Positions 13,300 to 25,076 are shown, numbered from the stretch's first letter. The stretch is DNA of 64,000 bases from Eledone cirrhosa (GCA_964016885.1 OZ024743.1:320726001-320790000), one strand, 5' to 3'. The notes: generated by a model not told the origin, from the letters alone. Program-made: numbers and translations.

Positions 13300-13538
13300 T
13301 ATTTCTTTATTAGCCACAGGGGCACAAAAGAAGGGGACAAATACAAAGGGGGAAGTTTACATACAATAAAAACGTGTAAAATGTTATCACAGATGGAATT
13401 TAAAAGTTAGTCGATTTTCCCCAATAGAGGGAGACAGTTTATATGGGTAACACAGACCCCCGAAAAAAATGTGCAACCCTCATCTCCAGGAGTACGAAGA
13501 GCTTGTACTCCTTTCCTCTCCTCCTCCTTTTCCTCAAC

Positions 13539-16500
13539 CTACAGGCTGATATAGAGAGAAGGCCCATTCACTCGGGCCATTCTCGCCACTTTCACCCACC
13601 TTTCATAAAACTTGCTGGGGTACAGCACCTCTCTCTCCATCCTGATTCTTCTTCCAAAGTGGTATTTGAAAAAAAGAATCAGTTGTTGGCCGGAGAGAAA
13701 GGTGTCTGACCTCAGCCCTTTCAACCTTGTCCACCATACAACCTCTTTCGCCATAGCTATCACACAAAGGAAAACCGCCTCTCCTTCGTTTTTGAAGGAG
13801 GGTGGCGGTTTGATCATGACAATGGACTCGGTGGTCAACTGGATTGGTCCCACCCGCGACAATAGTCGTTCCACATAGCCCCACAGGTCAGTGACGCCCG
13901 GGCAGTGTATGAATGCGTGCGCGACGGTTTCTTCGTCTCGCACGCACCTCGGACAGATCTTTTTTGCAGGGTCCCTGCCCGGGCGCCCATGTCTGTAGAG
14001 CTTGTCTCGAACTGGTAGAGCTCCTCGGTAGCACTGCCAGGCCAGGGACTTTTGGAAGTTGTCCATCGGTCCCGGGCGGAAGGTCCTACCGAACAGACTG
14101 GCCAGTTCATCTTCCTCCACGCCTAGAGTTTCACCGAGCGCGTCGTCGCACTTGCTGCGGACCAACCCTCTATAGAATGACGAAGTGGAGTCTCCACTGA
14201 TCGCCGGGTCCGCCTGCCAGAGGGCTGTGAGCGCCTGAGCACATTCGATGTGCCAGTCGCCCATTTTCCTCGGTCTCTGCTTGACCCAGGACTGCAGCTC
14301 GGTCAGCGAGACGAGTCGTGGGAAGGCTCGCCTCACGAACGGGGCCCACACCGGTTGTCCGGTGAGGAATACGTAGAGATGCCGCAGCCTGAGCGCGTGT
14401 TTGCGCATCGTCAACCACGGCATCCCCAGCCCTCCGTTAGAAGGGTGTTGGCAGCAGATGGATCTTCTTACCAAAGGAGCCCGCCTCTTCCAAAGGAATC
14501 GGAAGAGGGCGCGCTCCATTTTGGCGAGCGTTTTGGCTGGACAAGGCACGACGGTCAAGCGGTAGTAGATGGCGGACGCTATAAAAGTGTTCGCCACCTC
14601 CGCTCGACCTTTCAAGGATAGTTTGCACTCGGCCCACTTCTGGGTGAGTGCAAACACCTTGGCCGTCACTTCGTTCCAGTTCTTCTCCACCTGGAGGTCC
14701 GGACCAAACCAGACCCCGAGCAGCTTTACCGGTCCTTCCGTCCAGCGTCCGACGACGCCATCGGAAGGCATCGGTCTGCCTCTCCACGATCCGAGTTGCA
14801 AACCGATGGACTTGTCCCGGTTCAGCTTCGCTCCTGTGAGACTTTCGTATTCCTTTAGTAAGGTGCCGACTTCCTCGATTTGCGAGGCGCTCGACACCAT
14901 TACTGTCACGTCGTCGGCGTAGGCCGACGCCGCTTTCCGCAGTCCCGGTTCCAGAGGGATGCCCTGCAATAGCTCCAGCTTCCGCAGTAGTGGCTCGAGA
15001 GTCAGTACGTACAGAAGGGAGGAGAGAGGGCATCCCTGTCGAATGGATCGCGTAATATGGAACGGCTCCGAGAGGTAACCGTTCACCTTGACCCTTGAGC
15101 AGATGTTGCTGTTGTGCATTGCAGCAATCCAGCCCCTGAACACGGGTCCGAAGCCTGCCGCCTCGAGCACCGCATCCAGGTAACGATGGTCAACCCTATC
15201 GAAAGCCTTAGACTGATCCAAGTTGATCAGGGCCCCACCGAAGCCGGGTTTACACCCTACCCTCTCTATGATGTATCGCATGAGGTGGAGGTTGTCGTGT
15301 ATGGACCTGGTCGGGATCGCGCATGTCTGCGCTTCTCCCACCAGGTTCTCGACGACAAGCGCCAGCCTCTTTGCCAACACCTTGGCCAAAATCTGTAACT
15401 CTGTGTTTAGCAGAATTATGGGCCGGAAGTTGCCTATGTCATCCCCCTTATTCTCGTCCTTCCTGATTAGTGTGACCACGCCCCCGGTTACAGAATTGGG
15501 AATTCTCCCGTTCTGTTGCCAGTTGCAGTAGACCGCTTCCAGGAGACCGGAGAATAAGTCCGGCATTGCTACGTAAAATTCGTAGGGTAGACCGTCGAGA
15601 CCTGGAGATTTGCGTTTGCCGCATTGGCTCAGCGCGTCCCCTATCTCAGTGGCTGAAATCGGCTTTTCGCAGAACTTCGCCTCGCTGTCCGAGAGTCGCG
15701 GTAGGCCGTCGAGGTATGGACCGAAATCCATAGCCTCTCCCGGCGCGCCGCTCCCCCCGAACAGCCGAGCAAAGTGCCGCTGAAAAGCCGCACACATCTG
15801 CTTCGGCTCACGTATCACGCGTCCGTTTTGGTCCTTCAAAGACCGAATCGTGGACTTGTTGCCACTTTCTGCCTCCGTCACTCGGGCCCAGCTAACAGCT
15901 TTGGCTCCCTCGTTTCCCAGAGCACGTATTTTGCTTCTGACAACGCAGCCCTCGTGCTTTGCGTCGAAGAACTGGTCCAAGGCCGTTCTCGTTGCTAGCA
16001 CGCTGGCTACGTTGCCACTTCTAATAGCCTCTTCTACTTTATCTACCAGTTCCTTCTCGGTTCTATTTCTATCTAACGCTAATTCTTTACTAAAAACTAT
16101 CGAGTCTAATCTAACTGCCCTCTTGAGAGAGTACCACCATCTGTTGTTGACAATGGCCCCTGTCAAGTGCTGTTTAACTAAAGTGCTAATCCGTCTACTG
16201 TAGGCTTTGCTTGTCGGTAACGACAAGTTCAGCTTCCAGTAGCCGGGTCCTTGTCTATGGGTTCTATCAAGGTTGGCCATGCAGGTCACTAGTTTGTGAT
16301 CTGAATAGGCAACCATGAACATTTGTGGACAGCTTAACATGTCCCTATCCTTATTTCTAACTAGAACCCTATCTAGGTACGATCTAGATGTTCCGCTACG
16401 ATTACTCCACGTCCACAGTGGCGCAGTCGGAAAATCTAGTCGATATCTATCGGCCAGGTCAAATCGGTCGATTAACTGTTTGAGGCTGTTACACCCCCCT

Positions 16501-16976
16501 TTATCGGGACATGCTCCCACATAGTCCCAACGTGCATCTAGGATTCCATTCCAGTCCCCCACTAAAAGCAAGGAGCGGGACGTTACTAGAAAAGTCTCTA
16601 GACGTTTGAAGAAGTCTGGCCGCGGTGTCCCGGATGGGGCATATGCGGCCACCAGCCTGAACGCTCCACCTTCACTACCGTCAACGTCTAGGACCACCAG
16701 TCGACCCTCCGGGTCCAGATGTACCGTCTGTGTTACGAGGCCCAGGTGTTTCCGCAGCAAAACGGCAACTCCGCCCCCACCCCCCGGTTGACAGAGAGAT
16801 GCGTAGATCTCAAAGTCATCGAAGATGGGGGCCAGCTGTCGCTCGCCGTGGATCCTGGACTCGCAAATGGCTACCACATCCAAACTGTGCGACCTGAGGT
16901 CGTTTAAGAGTTTGCCCTGTTTCCAGGGCATCCCCAGGCCGCGTACGTTCACACATCCAACTCTTATATTGGCCAT
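13539..16976 (-). CDS. ORF2: APE endonuclease, reverse transcriptase and C-terminal CCHC finger (1145 aa)
   Basis: NVRGL, GDWN, YLDR, SDH; KSPGLDG, RPI.LLN, LDQSKAFDRV, RQGCPLS, YADD; CPRC..ET..H...HC. Confidence 0.97.
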   Translation of the reverse strand: MANIRVGCVNVRGLGMPWKQGKLLNDLRSHSLDVVAICESRIHGERQLAPIFDDFEIYASLCQPGGGGGVAVLLRKHLGLVTQTVHLDPEGRLVVLDVDGSEGGAFRLVAAYAPSGTPRPDFFKRLETFLVTSRSLLLVGDWNGILDARWDYVGACPDKGGCNSLKQLIDRFDLADRYRLDFPTAPLWTWSNRSGTSRSYLDRVLVRNKDRDMLSCPQMFMVAYSDHKLVTCMANLDRTHRQGPGYWKLNLSLPTSKAYSRRISTLVKQHLTGAIVNNRWWYSLKRAVRLDSIVFSKELALDRNRTEKELVDKVEEAIRSGNVASVLATRTALDQFFDAKHEGCVVRSKIRALGNEGAKAVSWARVTEAESGNKSTIRSLKDQNGRVIREPKQMCAAFQRHFARLFGGSGAPGEAMDFGPYLDGLPRLSDSEAKFCEKPISATEIGDALSQCGKRKSPGLDGLPYEFYVAMPDLFSGLLEAVYCNWQQNGRIPNSVTGGVVTLIRKDENKGDDIGNFRPIILLNTELQILAKVLAKRLALVVENLVGEAQTCAIPTRSIHDNLHLMRYIIERVGCKPGFGGALINLDQSKAFDRVDHRYLDAVLEAAGFGPVFRGWIAAMHNSNICSRVKVNGYLSEPFHITRSIRQGCPLSSLLYVLTLEPLLRKLELLQGIPLEPGLRKAASAYADDVTVMVSSASQIEEVGTLLKEYESLTGAKLNRDKSIGLQLGSWRGRPMPSDGVVGRWTEGPVKLLGVWFGPDLQVEKNWNEVTAKVFALTQKWAECKLSLKGRAEVANTFIASAIYYRLTVVPCPAKTLAKMERALFRFLWKRRAPLVRRSICCQHPSNGGLGMPWLTMRKHALRLRHLYVFLTGQPVWAPFVRRAFPRLVSLTELQSWVKQRPRKMGDWHIECAQALTALWQADPAISGDSTSSFYRGLVRSKCDDALGETLGVEEDELASLFGRTFRPGPMDNFQKSLAWQCYRGALPVRDKLYRHGRPGRDPAKKICPRCVRDEETVAHAFIHCPGVTDLWGYVERLLSRVGPIQLTTESIVMIKPPPSFKNEGEAVFLCVIAMAKEVVWWTRLKGLRSDTFLSGQQLILFFKYHFGRRIRMEREVLYPSKFYERWVKVARMARVNGPSLYISL

Positions 16977-17009
16977 GTTGGTGCTGAAAAGTTAAAAGAG
17001 GAAAAGACA

Positions 17010-18926
17010 TCACTCACCCTTCGCCTCCTGGGGACCAGGCCGCACGATTTCCATGGGGGTGTTGGAGGGGTTGTCTGGATGGGTGGTGGTTTCCGGCGGG
17101 GTGGGGACGCAGATGTTTGGTGGGGTGGGGTCTGGTGGAATGGGGGTGTCTGGGGTGGGGAGGCATTTGAGAAGGACGCGGTTGAGTGGTTTCACGCAGG
17201 AATTCCCCACATCCTTCTCAAATGTTTCTTTTAGGGACCTATAAGTTTGTATAGGGACCCTAATCAGTTTTAGGTTCATTTTTTTGCTATTTTTTATAGA
17301 GTGGGCGAAAGTTTTCCCTTCGGTGAAAACCGAAGGGTCGTTCGTAATGGTCTCCATTAGTGTTTTGTTTTCAGTGTTTATGTAAGTGTAAGTGTAATTT
17401 TCTTGTGTTGTGTTTGTTTTTGTCTGTAGTTCTTGTGTGTGCTTTCGTTTTGTTGTAGGTATTTTGTTTTCAGGAGGTGGGGGTTTTGTTTGTGATATTT
17501 TTGTTGTTTGTGTTGGTGGTTGTATGTTTGTGGTAGTGTTTGCTGGTTTTTTGCTTTTGTGATGTCTTTTCTTTCTTTTCGAGCGATGGGGTTCTCCCTC
17601 GTCTTCACTGGGTGATGGCGAGATAGCCTCATCTGTTGTATCGTCTGTGTGATTGGGGAGGGGTATGTCTTGGGGAGCTGTTGTGTCTGTATGTGATTTT
17701 GCAGTGGTTTTAGGTGGAGTGAGGTTGGGTGGGACTGTGTTTGTTGTGGTTATTTTTGTGTGTTGGTGTTGTTGTTGTAGTGGTGGTGTTGGTGGTTGTG
17801 TTGTTTTGATGGGTGTTGGCAGAAGAGCCTTTTTTTGGTTCATTAGTTTAGGACAGGAAGCCCTCAGGTGACCCCTGCTAAAGCAATGGTAACATGAAGG
17901 CCGCCTACCCTCAACCGAAAGGTTTATGTAGGTAAGTCCGTCCAGGAGTACACGCTGTGGGATCATAGCTATTCGCTCTGGGCTCATTTGCACCAGAACT
18001 TCAATGCTAGTCCCATTGAATACATCTCTGGGGGACTTGCCTACTGACAGTATTCTGTCTTCATCAAAATTGATGAAGCCGCACAGTATCCACCATATGT
18101 TCACCTTTGGTGTGACACTTGTGATTCTGATCTTTTGTGTCCTTTTTCCCATGTATGTAGGGAAAAAGGTGTACAGGTTGGATACAATTGGCGACACAGA
18201 GTAATTTTGGGCCGTCAATTGATCCTTCATCAGTACCGAAATACTCCTAAAAAGTTTGCTTCTTTGAATGAATGCAATATCATTCATTGAATCTTTGAAA
18301 ACCAGTTCAATATCTTTCTGTGACAATTGGACTGGTTTTCGGGTAGAATTGGAAACTGTCCTAAAAACTATCGTTTTGAGAGCAGTTTCCTTGCGAATTT
18401 CTACCGGAGAATTGATGCTGAAAGCACCATTTTTTTCGAAGGTGACATATCTCTTAGCGTCCTTTAAAAGGTGTTCAGCATTTGTTATGTCGAGATATAT
18501 CAATTGTTCTTTCTTTTGAACTTTCTCCGCAAAGGAGATTTTTGGTTTCTTTGTGGAATCCGTATTGGTGGTGTTGTCATTATTGTTGTTATTCTTGTTG
18601 TTATTCTTGTTGTCACCGATGTTGGTATCATCCGTATTTTCCTTGGTGTTGTTGTTGTCTTTGATGCTGGTGTTATTGGCGTTGTCTTTATTTTTTTCTT
18701 TGTTGTTGTTATCATTGTTGCTTTTATCATCATTATTGGTTTTGCTGTTATTTTTGTTGTCATTGAGCTGTTTGGTGTCATTTGTGTTGTTTGGATGTGA
18801 ATTCGTTTTTTTATTTTCATTTTGTCTTTCCATCTCTATAGTATCTAGTGAAGAAGACGTTGTTGACTGCGAGCTTTGTAGTCTTACCGCCTCTCCACCA
18901 CCATTATCGTTGGACGCAGCGTTCAT
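17010..18926 (-). CDS. ORF1: gag-like nucleic-acid-binding protein (638 aa)
   Basis: N-rich N-terminus, putative RRM-like region, CCHC knuckle CYHCFSRGHLRASC, P/T-rich linker, conserved C-terminal block. Confidence 0.9.
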   Translation of the reverse strand: MNAASNDNGGGEAVRLQSSQSTTSSSLDTIEMERQNENKKTNSHPNNTNDTKQLNDNKNNSKTNNDDKSNNDNNNKEKNKDNANNTSIKDNNNTKENTDDTNIGDNKNNNKNNNNNDNTTNTDSTKKPKISFAEKVQKKEQLIYLDITNAEHLLKDAKRYVTFEKNGAFSINSPVEIRKETALKTIVFRTVSNSTRKPVQLSQKDIELVFKDSMNDIAFIQRSKLFRSISVLMKDQLTAQNYSVSPIVSNLYTFFPTYMGKRTQKIRITSVTPKVNIWWILCGFINFDEDRILSVGKSPRDVFNGTSIEVLVQMSPERIAMIPQRVLLDGLTYINLSVEGRRPSCYHCFSRGHLRASCPKLMNQKKALLPTPIKTTQPPTPPLQQQHQHTKITTTNTVPPNLTPPKTTAKSHTDTTAPQDIPLPNHTDDTTDEAISPSPSEDEGEPHRSKRKKRHHKSKKPANTTTNIQPPTQTTKISQTKPPPPENKIPTTKRKHTQELQTKTNTTQENYTYTYINTENKTLMETITNDPSVFTEGKTFAHSIKNSKKMNLKLIRVPIQTYRSLKETFEKDVGNSCVKPLNRVLLKCLPTPDTPIPPDPTPPNICVPTPPETTTHPDNPSNTPMEIVRPGPQEAKGE

Positions 18927-19154
18927 AACGTAATCAAAATTTTACAATATTTTTTCCAAGATTCGATGGAGAAAAATTTTTTAAATGGATATTCCGCCCC
19001 TGAAGGGGCGAAAATGAGTTGACCCACCACCTGAAGGTCCAGACGGGTGGTCAAGTTACACAATGATATAAAATTGAACTAAAAACTCACGTTTTTTCCT
19101 TACATAAATTAACGGAAACTTCTCCGCGAAGTGACACACGACTGATAGAGAGAG

Positions 19155-19212
<58 letters not shown>

Positions 19213-19214
<2 letters not shown>

Positions 19215-22200
19215 TTCTTTATTAGCCACAGGGGCACAAAAGAAAGGGACAAATACAAAGGGGGAAGTTTACATACAATAAAACCGTGTAAAATGTTATC
19301 ACAAATGGAATTTAAAAAGTTAGTCGATTTTCCCCAAATGAGGGAGACAGTTTATATGGGTAACATATATCCCCGAAAAAAAATGTTCAACCCTCATCTC
19401 CAAGAGTACGAAGAGTTTTTACTCCTTTCCTCTCCTCCTCCTTTTCCTCAACCTACAGGCTGATATAGAGAGAAGGCCCATTCACTCGGCCATTCTCGCC
19501 ACTTTCACCCACCTTTCATAAAACTTGCTGCACCTCTCTCTCCATCCTGATTCTTCTTCCAAAGTGGTATTTGAAAAAAAGAATCAGTTGTTGGTCGGAG
19601 AGAAAGGTGTCTGACCTCAGCCCTTTCAACATTGTCCACCATACAACCTCTTTCGCCATAGCTATCACACAAAGGAAAACCGCCTCTCCTTCGTTTTTGA
19701 AGGAGGGTGGCGGTTTGATAATGACAATGGACTCGGTGGTCAACTGGATTGGTCCCACCCGCGACAATCGTCGTTCTACATAGCCCCACAGGTCAGTGAC
19801 GCCCGGGCAGTGTATGAATGCGTGTGCGACGGTTTCTTCGTCTCGCACGCACCTCGGACAGATCTTTTTTGCAGGGTCCCTGCCCGGGCGCCCATGTCTG
19901 TAGAGCTTGTCTCGAACTGGTAGAGCTCCTCGATAGCACTGCCAGGCCAGGGACTTTTGGAAGTTTTCCATCGGTCCCGGGCGGAAGGTCCTACCGAACA
20001 GACTGGCCAGTTCATCTTCCTCTACGCCTAGAGTTTCACCGAGCGCGTCGTCGCACTTGCTGCGGATCAACCCTCTATAGAATGACGAAGTGGAGTCTCC
20101 ACTAATCGCCGGGTCCGCCTGCCAGAGGGCTGTGAGCGCCTGAGCACATTTGATGTGCCAGTCGTCCATTTTACTCGGTCTTTGCTTGACCCAGGACTGC
20201 AGCTCGGTCAGCGAGACGAGTCTTGGGAATGCTCGCCTCACGAACGGGGCCCACAACGGTTGTCCGGTGGGGAATACGTAGAGATGCCGCAGCCTGAGCG
20301 CGTGTTTGCGCATCGTCAACCACGGCATTCGCAGCCCTCCGTTAGAAGGGTGTTGGCAGCAGATGGATGTTCTCACCAAAGGAGCCCGCCTCTTCCAAAG
20401 GAATCGGAAGAGAGCACGTTCCATTTTGGCGAGCGTTTTGGCTGGATAAGGCACGACGGTCAAGCGGTAGTAGATGGCGGACGCTATAAAAGTGTTCGCC
20501 ACCTCCGCTCGACCTTTCAAGGATAGTTTGCACTCAGCCCACTTCTGGGTGAGTGCACACAACTTGGCCGTCACTTCGTTCCAGTTTTTGTCCACCTGGA
20601 GGTCCGGACCAAACCAGACCCCGAGCAGCTTTACCGGTCCTTCCGTCCCTCGTCCGACGACGCCATCGGAAGGCATCGGTTTGCCTCTCCACGATCCGAG
20701 TTGCAAACCGATGGACTTGTCCCGGTTCAGCTTCGCTCCTGTGAAACTTTCGTATTCCTTCAGTAAGGTGACGACTTCCTCGATTTGCGAGGCGCTCGAC
20801 ACCATTACTGTCACGGTTCCAGAGGGATGTCCTGCAATAGCTCCAACTTCCGCAGTAGTGGCTCGGGTGTCAGTACGTACAGAAGGGAGGAGAGAGGGCA
20901 TCCCTGTCGAATGGATCGCGTAATATGGAACGGCTCCGAGAGGTAGCCGTTCACCTTGACCCATGAGCAGATGTTGCTGTTGTGCATTGCAGCAATCCAG
21001 CCCCTGAACACGGGTCCGAAGCCTGCCGCCTCGAGCACCGCATCCAGGTAACGATGGTCAACCTTATCGAAAGCATTAGACTGATCCAAGTTGATCAGGG
21101 CCCCACCGAAGCCGGGTTTAAACCCTACCCTCTCTATGATGTATCGCATGAGGTGGAGGTTGTCGTGTATGGACCTGGTCGGGATTGCGCATGTCTGCGC
21201 TTCTCTCACCAGGTTCTCGACGACAAGCGCCAGCGTCTTTGCCAACACCTTGGCCAAAATCTGTAACTCTGTGTTTAGCAGAGTTATGGGCCGGAAGTTG
21301 CCTATGTCATCCCTCTTATTCTCGTCCTTCCTGATTAGTGTGACCACGCCCTCGGTTACAGAATAGGGAATTCTCCCGTTCTGTTGCCAGTTGCAGTAGA
21401 CCGCTTCCAGGAGACCGGAGAATAAGTCCGGCATTGCTACGTAAAATTCGTAGGGTAGACCGTCGAGACCTGGAGATTTGCGCTTGCCGCATTGGCTCAC
21501 CGCATCCCCTATCTCAGTGGCTGAAATCGGCTTTTCGCAGAACTTTGCCTCGCTGTCCGAGAGTCGCGGTAGGCCGCCGATGTATGGACCGAAATCCATA
21601 GCCTCTCCCGCCCCCCCCCCCCCCAAACAGCTGAGCAAAGTGCCTCTGAAATGCCGCACACATCTGCTCTCGGCTCACGTATCACGCGTCCGTTTTGGTC
21701 CTTCAAAGACAGAATCGTGGACTTGTTGCCACTTTTTGCCTCCGTCACTCGGGCCCAGTTAACAGCTTTGGCTCCCTCGTTTCCCAGAGCACGTATTTTG
21801 CTTCTGACAACGCAGCCCTCGTGCTTTGCGTCGAAGAACTGGTCCAAGGCCGTTCTCGTTGCTAGCACGCTGGCTACGTTGCCACTTCTAATTGCCTCTT
21901 CTACTTTATCTACCAGTTCCTTCTCGGTTCTATTTCTATCTAACGCTAATTCTTTACTAAAAACTATCGAGTCTAATCTAACTGCCCTCTTGAGAGAGTA
22001 CCACCATCTGTTGTTGACAATGGCCCCTGTCAAGTGCTGTTTAACTAAAGTGCTAATCCGTCTACTGTAGGCTTTGCTTGTCGGTAACGACAAGTTCAGC
22101 TTCCAGTAGCCGGGTCCTTGTCTATGGGTTCTCTCAAGGTTGGCCATGCAGGTCACTAGTTTGTGATCTGAATAGGCAACCATGAACATTTGTGGACAGC

Positions 22201-25006
22201 TTAACATCCTTATTTCTAACTAGAACCCTATCTAGATACGATCTAGATGTTCCGCTACGATTACTCCACGTCCACAGTGGCGCAGTCGGGAAATCTAGTC
22301 GATATCTATCGGCCAGGTCAAATCGGTCGATTAACTGTTTGAGGCTGTTACACCCCCCTTTATCGGGACATGCTCCCACATAGTCCCAACGTGCATCTAG
22401 GATTCCATTCTAGCCCCCCACTAAAAGCAAGGAGCGGGACGTTCCCAGAAAAGTCTCTAGACGTTTGAAGAAGTCTGGCCGCGGTGTCCCGGATGGGGCA
22501 TATGCGGCCACCAGCCTGAAGGTTCCACCTTCACTACCGTCAACGTCTAGGACCACCAGTCGACCCTCTGGGTCCAGATGTACCGTCTGTGTTACGAGGC
22601 CCAGGTGTTTCAGAAGCAAAACGGCAATTCCGCCCCCACCCCCCGGTTGACAGAGAGATGCGTAGATCTCAAAGTCATCGAAGATGGGGGCCAGATGTCG
22701 CTCGCTGTGGATCCTGGACTCGCAAATGGCTACCACATCCATACTGTGCGACCTGAGGTCGTTTAAGAGTTTGCCCTGTTTCCAGGGCATCCCCAGGCCG
22801 CGTACGTTCACACATCCAACTCTTATATTAGCCATGTTGGTGCTGAAAAGTTAAAAGAGGAAAAGAGATCACTCACCCTTCGTCTCCTGGGGACCGGGCC
22901 GCACGATTTCCATGGGGGTGTTGGAGGGGTTGTCTGGATGGGTGGTGGTTTCCGGCGGGGTGGGGACGGATATGTTTGGTGGGGTGGGGTCTGGTGGAAT
23001 GGGTGTGTCTGGGGTGGGGAGACATTTGAGAAGGACGCGGTTGAGTGGTTTCACGCAGGAATTCCACACATCCTTCTCAAATGTTTCTTTTAGGGACCTA
23101 CAAGTTTGTATAGGGACCCTAATCAGTTTTAGGTTCAGTTTTTTGCTATTTTTAATAGAGTGGGCGAAAGTTTTCCCTTCGGTTTTCACCGAAGGGTCGT
23201 TCGTGATAGTCTCCATTAGTGTTTTGTTTTCAGTGTTTATGTCAGTGTAAGTGTAATTTTCTTGTGTTGTGTTTGTTTTTGTCTGTAGTTCTTGTGTGTG
23301 CTTTCGTTTTGTTGTAGGTATTTTGTTTTCAGGAGGTGAGGGTTTTGTTTGTGATGTTTTTGTTGTTTGTGTTGGTGGTTGTATGTTTGTGGTAGTGTTT
23401 GCTGGTTTTTTGCTTTTGTGATGTCTTTTCTTTCTTTTCGAGCGATGGGGTTCTCCCTCGTCTTCACTGGGTGATGGCGAGATAGCCTCATCTGTTGTAT
23501 CGTCTGTGTGATTGGAGAGGGTTATGTCTTGGGGAGCTGTTGTGTCTGTATGTGATTTTGCAGTGGTTTTAGGTGGAGTGGGGTTGGGTGGGACTGTGTT
23601 TGTTGTGGTTATTTTTGTGTGTTGGTGTTGTTGTTGTGGTGGTGGTGTTGGTGGTTGTGTTGTTTTGATGGGTGTCGGCAGAAGAGCCTTTATTTTATTC
23701 ATTAATTTAGGACAGGAAGCCCTCAGGTGACCCCTGCTAAAGCAATGGTAACATGAAGGCCGCCTACCCTCAACCGAAAAGTTTATGTAGGTGAGTCCGT
23801 CCAGGAGTACACGTTGTGGGATCATAGCTATTCGCTCTGGGCTCATTTGCACCAGAACTTCAATGCTAGTCCCATTGAATACATCTCTGGGGGACTTTCC
23901 TACTGACAGTATTCTGTCTTCATCAACATTGATGAAGCCGCACAGTATCCACCATATGTTTACCTTTGGTGTGACACTCGTGATTCTGATCTTTTGTGTC
24001 CTTTTTCCCATGTATGTAGGGAAAAAGGTGTACAGGTTGGATACAATTGGCGACACAGAGCAATTTTGGGCCGTCAATTGATCCTTCATGAGTACCGAAA
24101 TACTCCCAAAAAATGTGCTTCTTTGAATGAATGCAATATCATTCATTGAATTTTTGAAAACCATTTCAATTTCTTTCTGTGGCAATTGGACTGCTTTTCG
24201 GGTAGAATTGGAAACTGTCCTAAAAACTATCGTTTTGAGAGCAGTTTCCTTGCGAATTTCTACCGGAGAGTTGATGCTGAAAGCACCATTTTTTTCGAAA
24301 GTGACATATCTCCTAGCGTCCTTTAAAAGTTGTTCAGCATTTGTTATGTCGCGATATATCAATTCTTCCTTTTTTTAACTTTCTCTGCAAAGGAGATGTT
24401 GGTGTCTATGTGGAATCCGTATTGTTGGTGTTGTCATTATTGTTGTTATTCTTGTTGTTATTCTTGTTGTCACCGATGTTGGTATTATTCGTATTTTCCT
24501 TGGTGTTTTTGTTGTCTTTGATGCTGGTGTTATTGGTGTTGTCTTTATTTTTTTCTTTGTTGTTTTTATCATTGTTGCTTTTATCATCATTATTGGTGTT
24601 GCTGTTATTTTTGTTGTCATTGATTTGTTTGGTGTCATTTGTGTTGTTTGGATATGAATTCGTTTTTACATTTTCATTTCGTCTTTCCATCTCTATAGTA
24701 TCTAGTGAAGAAGATGTTGTTGACTGCGAGCTTTGTATTCTTACCACCTCTCCAACACCATTATTGTTGGATGCAGCGTTCATAACGTAATCAAAATTTT
24801 ACAATATTTGTTCCAAGATTCGATGGAGAAATATTTTTTTTCAAATGGATATTCCGCCCCTATAGGGGCAAACATGAGTTGACTCACCACCTGAAGGTCC
24901 AGAAGGGGGGTCAATTTACACAATGATATCAAATTTAACTAAAAACTCACGTTTTTTTCTTACATAAATTAACGGAAACTTCTCCGCGAAGTTACACACG
25001 TCTGAT
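19213..25006 (-). mobile_element. Full-length frameshifted Tx1 copy B, very similar to A
   Basis: Collinear with A; several frameshifts; deletion near 20816 removes the YADD motif. Confidence 0.95.
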
Positions 25007-25076
25007 AGAGAGATAGAGAGATAGATAGAGAGATATATAGATAGATAGATAGATAGATAGATAGATTGATAGATAT

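Larger units (their letters stand above)
13300..19146 (-). mobile_element. Full-length intact Tx1/L1-clade non-LTR retrotransposon, copy A (~5.85 kb)
   Basis: 5' UTR, uninterrupted ORF1 and ORF2, 3' UTR with AATAAA and (ATCT)n tail. Confidence 0.95.
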
